From the NCBI GenBank assembly GCA_026396355.1, contig JAPLWY010000092.1, positions 1 to 35,142 of the forward strand: a stretch of 35,142 nucleotides of DNA. Reading direction: 5' to 3'. The DNA is from Candidatus Micrarchaeota archaeon (lineage in GTDB: Archaea; Micrarchaeota; Micrarchaeia; Anstonellales; Anstonellaceae). Positions 9,277 to 17,915 of this stretch are shown here, one piece after another. The notes under the pieces were generated by a model that ran no database searches, was not told the origin of the DNA, and saw nothing but the letters and a program-made list of their open reading frames with translations. Positions within the stretch are counted from its first letter, which is position 1. Each line of letters opens with the position of its first letter. The position numbers and the translations under genes were made by a program.

Positions 9277-9360
9277 TTTCAAAGCCGTTTGCCGACATGT
9301 TCCCTTTCCTTGGCAAAGAGGCATACCTGAAGGAAACAAACGTGGAAAATCCGGATTGAC

Positions 9361-10131
9361 ATGGCAAAAAAAATCCTCCTCACTGGCGGCGCCGGATTCA
9401 TTGGCAGGAATATTTCAGAGCAGCTGGGGGCGTCATACGAAATATCCTGCCCTGCGCGGGCAGAGCTTGACCTTCTTGATGCCGATGCGGTTCGGCGCTA
9501 CTTGAAAGGCAACGGATTCGATGCTGTCCTGCACGCAGCCAACATCGGCGGCACCAGGAAGACTGCCGGCATGGCAGGGGTGGCGGAGTCCAACCTCAAA
9601 TGCTTCATGAACATCGCGCAATGCTCTTCTTATTTCGGGAAAATGATCCAGCTTGGCTCCGGCGCGGAATATGACAAGAGCCGCCCCCTTGTGCGCGTGC
9701 GCGAGGAGGAATTCGGCAAGCGCGCGCCGCAGGACGAATACGGGCGCTACAAGTACGAATGCTCGAAATACATCGAGCAGGCAAGCAACATCACCTGCCT
9801 GCGCATATTCGGGTGCTTCGGGAAATACGAGGACTACGAGATCCGCTTCATCTCAAACGCAATCTGCAAGTCGATTTTCGGCCTGCCGATAACAATCGCC
9901 AACAAGAACGCAGTCTTCAGCTATCTCTATATTGATGATTTTGTGCGCATAGTGGAGCATTTCATCGGGCATGATGGCGCGCACAAGTTCTACAACGCCG
10001 TGCCTGATGAAACAGCCGACCTTGTCACAATCGCAGGCAAGGTGAAGGAAATCTCAGGGAGCAGCCTGCCTGTTGCCGTGAAAAATCAAGGCATGGGGAA
10101 CGCATACACCGGCGACTACTCTCGCCTCTAA
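9361..10131 (+). CDS. NAD(P)-dependent sugar epimerase/reductase (extended SDR), interrupted by in-frame TAA
   Basis: MAKKILLTGGAGFIGRNI is a Rossmann motif, and YECSK is YxxxK. After the TAA at 10129-10131 the same frame continues with SELPNFKFTSLDKGIRSLHSWYIANKEKI..., a typical SDR C-terminus, up to the TGA at 10249-10251. Confidence 0.75.
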   Translation: MAKKILLTGGAGFIGRNISEQLGASYEISCPARAELDLLDADAVRRYLKGNGFDAVLHAANIGGTRKTAGMAGVAESNLKCFMNIAQCSSYFGKMIQLGSGAEYDKSRPLVRVREEEFGKRAPQDEYGRYKYECSKYIEQASNITCLRIFGCFGKYEDYEIRFISNAICKSIFGLPITIANKNAVFSYLYIDDFVRIVEHFIGHDGAHKFYNAVPDETADLVTIAGKVKEISGSSLPVAVKNQGMGNAYTGDYSRL

Positions 10132-10250
10132 TCAGAACTTCCCAATTTTAAGTTCACCAGCCTTGACAAAGGGATAAGAAGCCTGCATTCCTGGTATATT
10201 GCGAACAAGGAAAAAATCGAATATGGAAAGATAGCGTCTGACCGCTACTG

Positions 10251-11444
10251 ATGTGCTTGGCTATGGCATTGCAACTCTCCGACCGGATGGCGAGCGTTTC
10301 CTACGAGATACGCGACATAATCGCGCGCGCAAAGAAAGTCGAGGCAGGCGGCAGGAAAATCCACTATTTCAACATCGGCGACCCGAACAGTTTCGGCTTC
10401 GCGCCTCCGCAGCACGTGACAGATGCAGTAATGGCGGCACTTTCGGACAAGAAATACAGCGCATACTGCCCCTCAAAAGGCGACCCGCAGCTCTGCGACG
10501 CAATCGGGAAAATCGAGGGATTGGGCGGGGAGGACGTGACAATACATTCCGGCCTGTCCGAGGGAATAGAGTTTCTCATGTCTGCGCTGGTGAACCCCGG
10601 CGAGCACGTTCTCCTTCCTTCGCCTTCGTATCCCCTTTACATCACCAAGCTGCGCATCCTCGGAGGAGGCGAGAATTATTACCCGTGCGACTCCGAGTTT
10701 GTGCCAGACATCGACGCGATGCGCGCCAGGATAAACGGAAAGACGCGGGCAATCGCAGTGATAAACCCCAACAATCCGACTGGGGCAAGCTACCCTCGCA
10801 AAATACTAAAGGGCGTCGCAGACCTCGCAGCCGAATTCAAGCTGCCTATAATAGCCGACGAAATCTACGACAGGCTCACCCTGGACGAAGGGCACGCGGT
10901 CAACATGCGCGATGTTGCCTCCCCTGACCAGCTGCTCGTCTCTGGCAATGGCATTTCCAAGAATTTCATCTACCCTGGCGCGCGCGTGGGCTACCTTGCA
11001 TTCCACGGGGAAGGGATCGGGAAGCTGCGCGATGCCATTGTAAAGCTTTGCAACCAGCGCCTGTCAATCAATTGGGAAATGCAGCGCGGCGCCCTGGCGG
11101 CATTCACCTTGCCTGAAAGCCACCTGGGCGAGTTTAGGGCGGCTCTCCGCCTCAGGCGCGACATTGTCCACAAGCGGCTCAACGAAATTCCAGGGATTTC
11201 CTGCGTCAAGCCCAAGGCTGCATTCTATTCGTTCCCCAAGGTGGAGGCGGCATCATTCAAGGACGACCGGGAATTCACCTATAGTCTCCTGGAAGAAACA
11301 GGCGTATTGGTCGTGCCAGGGTCGAATTTCTCGCCAATTCTTGGGGAGAAGCACTTCAGGCTGGTTTTTCTTGCCCAGCCATCCGAGCTTGAGGAGGCGA
11401 TGTCCAAGCTTGATGGTTTCATGAGAAAGAAGCCCAAATCCTGA
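10251..11444 (+). CDS. Alanine aminotransferase-type class I PLP aminotransferase
   Basis: SYEIRDIIARAKKVEAGGRKIHYFNIGDP, INPNNPTGA and SGNGISKNFIYPGARVGY (PLP Lys) are colinear with archaeal AlaAT as I recall it. The start could also be ATG 10263 or 10287. Confidence 0.82.
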   Translation: MCLAMALQLSDRMASVSYEIRDIIARAKKVEAGGRKIHYFNIGDPNSFGFAPPQHVTDAVMAALSDKKYSAYCPSKGDPQLCDAIGKIEGLGGEDVTIHSGLSEGIEFLMSALVNPGEHVLLPSPSYPLYITKLRILGGGENYYPCDSEFVPDIDAMRARINGKTRAIAVINPNNPTGASYPRKILKGVADLAAEFKLPIIADEIYDRLTLDEGHAVNMRDVASPDQLLVSGNGISKNFIYPGARVGYLAFHGEGIGKLRDAIVKLCNQRLSINWEMQRGALAAFTLPESHLGEFRAALRLRRDIVHKRLNEIPGISCVKPKAAFYSFPKVEAASFKDDREFTYSLLEETGVLVVPGSNFSPILGEKHFRLVFLAQPSELEEAMSKLDGFMRKKPKS

Positions 11445-11524
11445 TTTTAGGATCTGAAAAAAACAATGGCAGCCGGATTCGCCGCCTCCAGCAATTATTA
11501 ACCCTAGCTTCAAATATCCTCCCC

Positions 11525-13177
11525 ATGGCAGAAGAGGACGCGGCAACACACTCCCACGAAGTGGCACGGGGCAGTTTCTGGGGGCTTTTTGGCACGATTG
11601 CGCTCAAGATAGTCTCATTCGCATATGCAATCTACGTTGCGCGCGCATTCTCGCAGGAGAATGTGGGGCTATTCTACCTTTCCCTATCTGTGATATCATT
11701 GATCGGCTTCTGGCGCAACCTTGGATTGCCCTCAGCCCTCCAGCGCTACGTGCCATATTTCGAGGCAAAAAACCAGGGGGGCAAGATAATATCGCTTCTC
11801 AAGATAAGTTTTGTTGCAAACGCGCTTCTTGGCGTGATGCTATTCATCATGATCTTCGTTCTTGCAGACCCTATCGGCGCAATCTACAAAAGCCCGGGGC
11901 TGTCGGACGGGCTGCGCCTGCTTGCGGCATACGTGCTTTTTGAAAACCTATACAGCGTATCGCTCAGCTTCCTTCAGGGAAGGCGGGACATCAAGTCCTA
12001 CCAGTTCCTGAACAATGTGCAAAACGTTGCGAAATTGGCGCTCACCGTCATTCTCTTCAGCTTTTTCGGCGCCACGCTTTTCACCCTGTCGGCAGCATTC
12101 ATACTCGCGTATGCGGCGGTATTCTTGCTGAGCATTCCAATGCTGCTGCGCAAGGCATCCGACGTTCCTTCATCAGGGGAGGCGATGAGCGCGTCAGAGG
12201 TCCTGCACGACATCATCCCGTTCGGAATCACGCTTACCATCGTCCAGAGTTTCTGGATACTGATTTCCTCGACAGACCGTGCGCTTCTCGGATATTTTGG
12301 CAATCCTGCAACATCTGTGGAAACGGTCGCAATTTATTCAATAGCGTCGCAGCTCGCGCTTACCATCATGGTATTCCCAAGCGCGGTGGGCAGCATTTTC
12401 CTTCCGGTCATTTCCCGCCTTGTAGGGAAGGGGGATCGCAGTGCCATGCTCAAAGTCATCCAGACTTCCCAGCGCTGGATACTTTTCATCACCATCCCGG
12501 TCGCGCTTGCCACCATGGCTTTTGCAGGCGAGATGCTCTCGGTTTTCTACGGGGGTTCCTACCGCTCAGGCGCAAATGCAATGTCGATATTCATTCTCGG
12601 CCTGCTTTTCTCAACATTAACCTACCCGATCTCGCTTGCGCTTGCGGGCATGCGCCTGGTCCGCCTTGAGCTTTATGTTGCAATCGCATGCGCAGTGGTC
12701 AACCTTGCACTGAACGTATTTCTCATTCCATTTTTTGGCATGGAGGGCGCGTCAGCGGCATCCGCAGCGGCATTCCTTATCTCAGCATGGATGTTCGAGC
12801 GCTATGGCAGGCAATACCTTTCCTACCGCACGCCGAGCGGCATTTACAAGCTGTTTGCGGCCGGTGCAGTCGCGTTTGCCGCGATACTTCTCCTAAAACC
12901 CCTTGCCGGCATCATAGTTTCACTTGTGCCGCCAGTCGGATCAGGCGAGTTTGCGATTTACTCCGCAAAATTCGTCTACTTGGCTGCGCTTGGCGTGATG
13001 GGGGGCATCGGGCTTGTAATATTCGGCGCGGTGGCGCTTTTATTGCGCACTTTCAAGCACGAGGACATAAGCTTGATGCGCTCTGCTGCGAAAAAGACGC
13101 CTCTCCCTCAAAAAATTATCCTGTTTGCTGAAAAAATCGCCCTTTTGGGAGTTGAAAGCGGGAAAAGAGCAGCTTAG
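11525..13177 (+). CDS. Polysaccharide/oligosaccharide flippase (MOP/Wzx, AglR-like)
   Basis: 550-aa protein that is almost entirely hydrophobic helices, with the usual Wzx architecture. It sits inside the glycan operon. Confidence 0.7.
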   Translation: MAEEDAATHSHEVARGSFWGLFGTIALKIVSFAYAIYVARAFSQENVGLFYLSLSVISLIGFWRNLGLPSALQRYVPYFEAKNQGGKIISLLKISFVANALLGVMLFIMIFVLADPIGAIYKSPGLSDGLRLLAAYVLFENLYSVSLSFLQGRRDIKSYQFLNNVQNVAKLALTVILFSFFGATLFTLSAAFILAYAAVFLLSIPMLLRKASDVPSSGEAMSASEVLHDIIPFGITLTIVQSFWILISSTDRALLGYFGNPATSVETVAIYSIASQLALTIMVFPSAVGSIFLPVISRLVGKGDRSAMLKVIQTSQRWILFITIPVALATMAFAGEMLSVFYGGSYRSGANAMSIFILGLLFSTLTYPISLALAGMRLVRLELYVAIACAVVNLALNVFLIPFFGMEGASAASAAAFLISAWMFERYGRQYLSYRTPSGIYKLFAAGAVAFAAILLLKPLAGIIVSLVPPVGSGEFAIYSAKFVYLAALGVMGGIGLVIFGAVALLLRTFKHEDISLMRSAAKKTPLPQKIILFAEKIALLGVESGKRAA

Positions 13178-13185
13178 GTGCGTTT

Positions 13186-14550
13186 ATGGCATTATTCGGG
13201 ACCAATGGCGTGCGCGGAAAGCTCGATTCCCTTTCCCCGCAGCTTGCATACGATCTTGCAGGCGCATTTTCCGGCTGGTGCAAGCCTGGCAGCATCATGC
13301 TTTCGCGCGACATGCGGCTCACCTCCCCAATGTTCCATTCTGCGGCAATGGCAGGCATACTCGCCTCTGGGCGGGACTGCGTCGATATCGGGCTTGCCTC
13401 CTCTCCGGTTTCGGAGTTCATGCTTGCAAAAAGGAAATGCGCCGGGCTGATAATAATTACAGCTTCCCACAACCCTCCAGAATGGAATGCGCTCAAGTTT
13501 GTGGATGGCGAGGGCAGGGCGCTTTCGCGCGAGCGCGGGCAAGCTATTGAAAAGGCAGTGCTTGATGGCAGCTGGGCGCGCGCAGGCTGGGATTCTGCCG
13601 GCAAATGCGAAGCTGTGCGGGAAGCGGCCGCAATCCACTCATCATCAGCGCTGAAATTCCTGGATGCCCTGAAAATACAAAAGCAAAAGCTGCGCGTTGT
13701 CCTTGACTTTGGCAATGGCACCTCTGCGCTCTCGCAGGGGCTTTTCGAATCGCTTGGCTGCGAAGTTATTGCGCTCAATGAAAAAATAGACGGCAGGTTC
13801 CCCGGCAGGCCATCCGAGCCGTCCGAGGCGAATGTGCAGGGGCTTTGCAAGGCGGTGCGCGGGAATTCCGCAGACTTTGGAGTGGCGTGGGACGGGGACT
13901 CTGACCGCGTAGTGTTTGTAGACGAGCGCGGGCAATGGATAGTGGGCGACAAAGGGTTTGCAGTCTCCGCGCTTTCCGCCTGCAAAAAAGCAGGGAAAAG
14001 AAAGAAAAAATTCGTGGTGACCACAGTTGCCACCAGCAGGTGCGTTGAGGAAGCATGCGCCAAAGAGGGCGCAAAGACAATTTACACCAAGGTTGGCGCG
14101 CCCTATATTTCTGAAGAGATGGTGCGGCTTGGGACAAGTGCGGTTTCCGGCGGCGAGGAGGTTGGCGGGATAATCTGGCCAGAATTCTCGCTTGCAAAGG
14201 ACGGGATATTTTCTGCCGCGAAAATAGCCGAGCTGGTGTGCGGCCAAAAGCTGTCCAGCCTGGTTTCCGAGCTTCCGACTTACTGCAATTCCAAAACAAA
14301 AGTGGCAGTCGATGGCGAGGCTGCCAAGAAGGCAGGGCTACAGGCCGCGCTTGCGGCTGCAAAAGAAAGCAAGGGGAAAATCACCACGATTGACGGCGTG
14401 CGCGCTGACTTTGAAGACGGCTGGGCGATAGTGCGCGCATCAGGCACCGAGAACTACATGCGCATATTTGCCGAAGGCAAGACGCAGAAGCGGGCAGACG
14501 CGCTTATGAAGGAATTTAAGGATGCTGCCGAACAAACAGTGCAGGTTTGA
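13186..14550 (+). CDS. glmM: Phosphoglucosamine mutase / phosphohexomutase
   Basis: LFGTNGVRG, the active-site ITASHNPPEWNALKF and the metal loop GVAWDGDSDR. Confidence 0.85.
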   Translation: MALFGTNGVRGKLDSLSPQLAYDLAGAFSGWCKPGSIMLSRDMRLTSPMFHSAAMAGILASGRDCVDIGLASSPVSEFMLAKRKCAGLIIITASHNPPEWNALKFVDGEGRALSRERGQAIEKAVLDGSWARAGWDSAGKCEAVREAAAIHSSSALKFLDALKIQKQKLRVVLDFGNGTSALSQGLFESLGCEVIALNEKIDGRFPGRPSEPSEANVQGLCKAVRGNSADFGVAWDGDSDRVVFVDERGQWIVGDKGFAVSALSACKKAGKRKKKFVVTTVATSRCVEEACAKEGAKTIYTKVGAPYISEEMVRLGTSAVSGGEEVGGIIWPEFSLAKDGIFSAAKIAELVCGQKLSSLVSELPTYCNSKTKVAVDGEAAKKAGLQAALAAAKESKGKITTIDGVRADFEDGWAIVRASGTENYMRIFAEGKTQKRADALMKEFKDAAEQTVQV

Positions 14551-14556
14551 TTCTGT

Positions 14557-15679
14557 ATGAAAATAATCCACGCATTCGGGAGCCGCGCCTGCGCCATCAA
14601 GATGGCGCCCCTCATCAAGGAAGGGGCGAAAAGGGGGCATAAGAATATCGTGGTCTGGAGCGGCCAGCACTACGACGACAATTTGTACCGGGACCTGTTC
14701 GACGACCTTGAAATCCCGCGCCCTGATTATGACATAGAAGCAAAGGGGAGCGCATGCGAAATCGGCGCCAAGATACTTGTTGATTTTGAGAAAATCTGCA
14801 AGAAGGAGCAGGCAGACATTGTTCTCACCCATGGGGACACCTTCACTGCGATGTTCTTTTCGCAGGCAGCCGCGCTCTCGCTTACCCCGGTCGGGCATGT
14901 TGAAGCCGGTTTGCGCACATATTCCTGGGAGCCCTATCCCGAGCAGATCTGCACCAAAGCTTCGGATGCCTGCTCGGCTTTGTTCTTTGCCGCAACGGAC
15001 AAGAATGCTAGTGACCTGCTGTCCGAGCACGTGCCTGCGGACAGGCTATTCACCGTCGGCAACAGCATAGTCGACGCCGCGCTGCAGCACGCCGAGCTTG
15101 CAAGGAAAAAGAGCGACGCCTTGGCGCGGTTCGGCATCAAAAAGCCCCTTGTCTTCTGGTCCTGCCACAGGAAGGAAAACATGCTGTCAGTGTCCCGCAT
15201 GCGCGGCATATTCGAAAGCCTTCTTGAAATGACTGATGCGAATTTCTTCTGCTCTGTCCTTCCCTCCACTCAGCTCATTGCCGAAAAAAGCGGCTATATC
15301 GATAAGATCAGAAAAGCAAAGCACATAATCTGGGAGCCCTGCCTTCCAAAATACACCGATGCCCTGCGCCTGATGCTTGAGGCTGACCTGGTCCTTACCG
15401 ATTCCGGAGGCATGCAGGAAGAGTGCGCTGCGCTACATATCCCCTGCCTTGACCGACCGCCCTGAAAGCGTCTCTGCCGGAGCCAACAAGTGCGTGGGCT
15501 GCGAGAAGGAAAACATAATGCGCGAGGCGCGCGCGGTCCTGTTCGAAAAGGGCGTGGCGCAAAAGATGCGGTCAGCCGCAAACCCTTATGGGGATGGAAA
15601 AACGTCAGGCAGGATTTTTGACATAATAGAAAAATTCAAGGGAAGAATGGAACGCTGGGAGAATAAGGTGCATGCCTAG
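14557..15679 (+). CDS. wecB: UDP-N-acetylglucosamine 2-epimerase (non-hydrolysing), reading frame broken near 15450
   Basis: The N-terminal 302 aa (..THGDTFTAMFFSQAAALSLTPVGHVEAGLRTY..DSGGMQEECAALHIPCL) stop at 15465. The family C-terminus (TDRPESVSAGANKCVG...ANPYGDGKTSGRIFDII) continues in the +1 frame to 15679. Confidence 0.8.
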
Positions 15680-15700
15680 CGCGTCAGGTGCTGTTCCGGC

Positions 15701-15706
15701 TTTTTT
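15701..15706 (+). terminator. Oligo-T tract after wecB
   Basis: GGCTTTTTTC lies 22 nt past the wecB stop. Archaeal RNAP terminates at oligo-T. Confidence 0.35.
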
Positions 15707-15752
15707 CAATGCTGCATTCCATTTTTAATCATTCTTGCACAATATTATACAT

Positions 15753-16250
15753 ATGTGGCAACACATCGACGAGGTTTTTTCAGGCCAGCGGGCAAAGCTG
15801 AAGGCAGTGTCAACCATGCTCCGTCTTGGCTTGCGCGTGGACAAACAAGGCAGGATTTTTTGCGAATCAATAGAACTAGCGCCGGCAAAATTCGCCCGTG
15901 CAATAGGGGTGGACAGGCGCGTGGTGATTTGCACTGCAAAAGAAATCGCAGCCGACCCAAAATTATCGGAAATATTCTCCCGCCTCATTCCGACTGCCAA
16001 TGTGTCCGGTGCTGCGAAGATTCTTGGGCACGACGTGATTGAAATCGATGCCGACCCCAACACCACCGGGCTGGTTAGCATAATTTCCACCATACTCGCG
16101 CGCAACAAAGTGGGCATCAGGCAGATAATCGCAGACGATCCGGATCTCTATCCAGATCCAAAAATGCACATTGTTGCGGATGGCAGGCTGCCGCGAAAGG
16201 CAATCGAGGAGCTTCGCAACCTGCATCTGCAGGCGATTTCGTTTAAATAA
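15753..16250 (+). CDS. ACT-domain putative regulator of amino-acid metabolism (COG2150-like)
   Basis: MWQHIDEVF...LGLRVDKQGRIFCESIELAPAKFARAIGVDRRVV...VIEIDADPNTTGLVSIISTILARNKVGIRQIIADDPDLYPDPKM resembles the archaeal HTH+ACT family as I recall it. TTTTTAAT lies about 30 nt upstream of ATG 15753, which suggests a leaderless transcript. Confidence 0.55.
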   Translation: MWQHIDEVFSGQRAKLKAVSTMLRLGLRVDKQGRIFCESIELAPAKFARAIGVDRRVVICTAKEIAADPKLSEIFSRLIPTANVSGAAKILGHDVIEIDADPNTTGLVSIISTILARNKVGIRQIIADDPDLYPDPKMHIVADGRLPRKAIEELRNLHLQAISFK

Positions 16251-16278
16251 GTTTATGGTGAGAATACAATGTGGTTCC

Positions 16279-16986
16279 ATGGTAAAAGCAATTGTACTTT
16301 GCGGCGGGAAGGGGACGCGATTGCGCCCATATACTTACAACATCCCAAAGCCAATGCTGCCCTTGGGCAAGCGCCCCATCCTTGAATATGTCCTCAACCG
16401 CCTCAAGATGGCGGGCATTACTGAAATTTACCTCGCCACAGGCTATCTGCACGAGCAGATAGAAGCGCATTTCGGGGACGGCAGCAAATTCGGGCTTAAG
16501 ATTTCCTATTCGGTTGAAACCTCCGAGCTTGGCACCGCTGGCTCCACAATCCCGTTCATGGGCAGGATGGATGACACGTTCGTGGTGATGATGGGCGACC
16601 ATCTCTCCAATCTCGAAATAAAGGATTTGCTGGCATTCCACAAGAAAGGCAAAAGGATTGCCACTATTGCGCTCAATAAAAAGGGCGTGCCTTTGGAATA
16701 CGGGGTTGCAGACCTGAACAAGGACGAGATAGTGCGCTTCCGCGAAAAGCCGATAGTTGAAAACTACGTGAACACAGGCGCGTATGTCTTCGAGCCTGAA
16801 ATATTCGACTTCATAAAGCCAGGCGAGGACTTTGCCAACAACGTATTCCCGCGCCTGATCGAAAAGGGCCAGAAAATCGGAGGGTTTGTCTTCTCGGATT
16901 ACTGGCTTGACATAGGCAGGACGACCGATTACGAGCACATAAACCATTTCATCTCGATAATCGACCTTACCAAGGCAATGAAGTAG
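16279..16986 (+). CDS. Sugar-1-phosphate nucleotidyltransferase
   Basis: MVKAIVLCGGKGTRLRPYTYNIPKPMLPLGKRPILEYVL is the canonical G-x-G-T-R-L NTP-transferase N-terminus. Upstream in-frame codons overlap the previous gene. Confidence 0.85.
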   Translation: MVKAIVLCGGKGTRLRPYTYNIPKPMLPLGKRPILEYVLNRLKMAGITEIYLATGYLHEQIEAHFGDGSKFGLKISYSVETSELGTAGSTIPFMGRMDDTFVVMMGDHLSNLEIKDLLAFHKKGKRIATIALNKKGVPLEYGVADLNKDEIVRFREKPIVENYVNTGAYVFEPEIFDFIKPGEDFANNVFPRLIEKGQKIGGFVFSDYWLDIGRTTDYEHINHFISIIDLTKAMK

Positions 16987-17007
16987 GGCAGAGAAGAACA
17001 GGCTGGA

Positions 17008-17904
17008 TTATTTGCGTTTCCCAACAATTCCGCCTAACCCCCTTGCAAGCGATATCTTCGGCGAAAAGCCCAGAGTCTTTTTGGCGAGCGCTATATCCGC
17101 CACGCTGCGCTTTATGTCTCCTTCGCGCGCAGGCAAAAACTCCGGGTCGGCAGGAACGTCCGCAATATTGCACATCTCTTCCATAAGTTCCAAGAGCGTG
17201 GTCTCGGTTGCGGATGCAATGTTGCAGGGCATGTCCTTTCCCCCGCACTCGATTGCGCGCACGAACGCCTCGCACACGTCGTCCACATGCACAAAATCGC
17301 GGGTCTGGCTGCCATCCCCGTAAATTATCGGGCGCTTGCCATCCCTTATCGCATTTGCGAACTTTGTAATCACGCCGGAATACGGGCTGAGCGGGTTTTG
17401 CCCCGAGCCATAGACATTGAAGAGCCGAAGCGCGGCGTTTTCCATTCCATAAAGCCTGTTGTACAAAAGCACATAGCGCTCTGCCGACAATTTGGATGCT
17501 CCGTAAGGCGAAAGGGGCGCAGTCGGGTGCTCCTCATCCACTGGCAGCCTCACAGGCTCGCCATAAACCGCGGCTGATGAGGCAAAAGCCACCCGTTTCA
17601 CGCCCGCCCTCCTGGCAGTCTCAAGCACATTGAGCGTCCCTGCCGCATTGACTGAAAAATCAGCATAAGGGTCGGATACCGAGGCTGCGACATCAATGAG
17701 TGCAGCAAGATGGACCACTGCTTCGGCGCCATTGAAGAGTTTTTGCAGCCTGCCAGCGTCAAGAACCGAGGCGCGCACAAACTCTCCCCTGATTCCTGAT
17801 TGCGGGGGCACGATGTCCAATATCCTAACCTTGTAGCCGTCCTCTTCCAGTCTTTGGCACAGATGCGTGCCAATAAAGCCCGAGCCGCCGGTTACAACTA
17901 TCAC
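17008..17904 (-). CDS. NAD-dependent nucleotide-sugar 4-epimerase/dehydratase (GalE-like)
   Basis: (M)IVVTGGSGFIGTHLCQRLEEDGYKVRILD and YGASKLSAE (YxxxK). The start is probably GTG 17904 or TTG 17919, since the track start 18036 lies inside aglH. Confidence 0.8.
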   Translation of the reverse strand: MIVVTGGSGFIGTHLCQRLEEDGYKVRILDIVPPQSGIRGEFVRASVLDAGRLQKLFNGAEAVVHLAALIDVAASVSDPYADFSVNAAGTLNVLETARRAGVKRVAFASSAAVYGEPVRLPVDEEHPTAPLSPYGASKLSAERYVLLYNRLYGMENAALRLFNVYGSGQNPLSPYSGVITKFANAIRDGKRPIIYGDGSQTRDFVHVDDVCEAFVRAIECGGKDMPCNIASATETTLLELMEEMCNIADVPADPEFLPAREGDIKRSVADIALAKKTLGFSPKISLARGLGGIVGKRK

Positions 17905-17915
17905 ATCATCACCAA

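Noticed and set aside
10129-10131. Possible genetic-code reassignment of TAA
   Set aside because: TAA terminates other genes in the window at sensible positions (for example 16248-16250 directly before the next gene, and the epimerase and GNAT stops). A global reassignment is therefore unlikely, and a point nonsense change or base error fits better.
13116-14063. 315-aa minus-strand ORF
   Set aside because: It is an antisense shadow of glmM, which carries the unambiguous ASHNP and DGDSDR motifs. Its Ser/Pro/Ala-rich, low-complexity translation is typical of GC-rich shadow frames. The same reasoning applies to 20797..21891 (antisense of hmgA), 28801..29958 (antisense of ftsZ/secE), 5610..6278 and 16243..16947.
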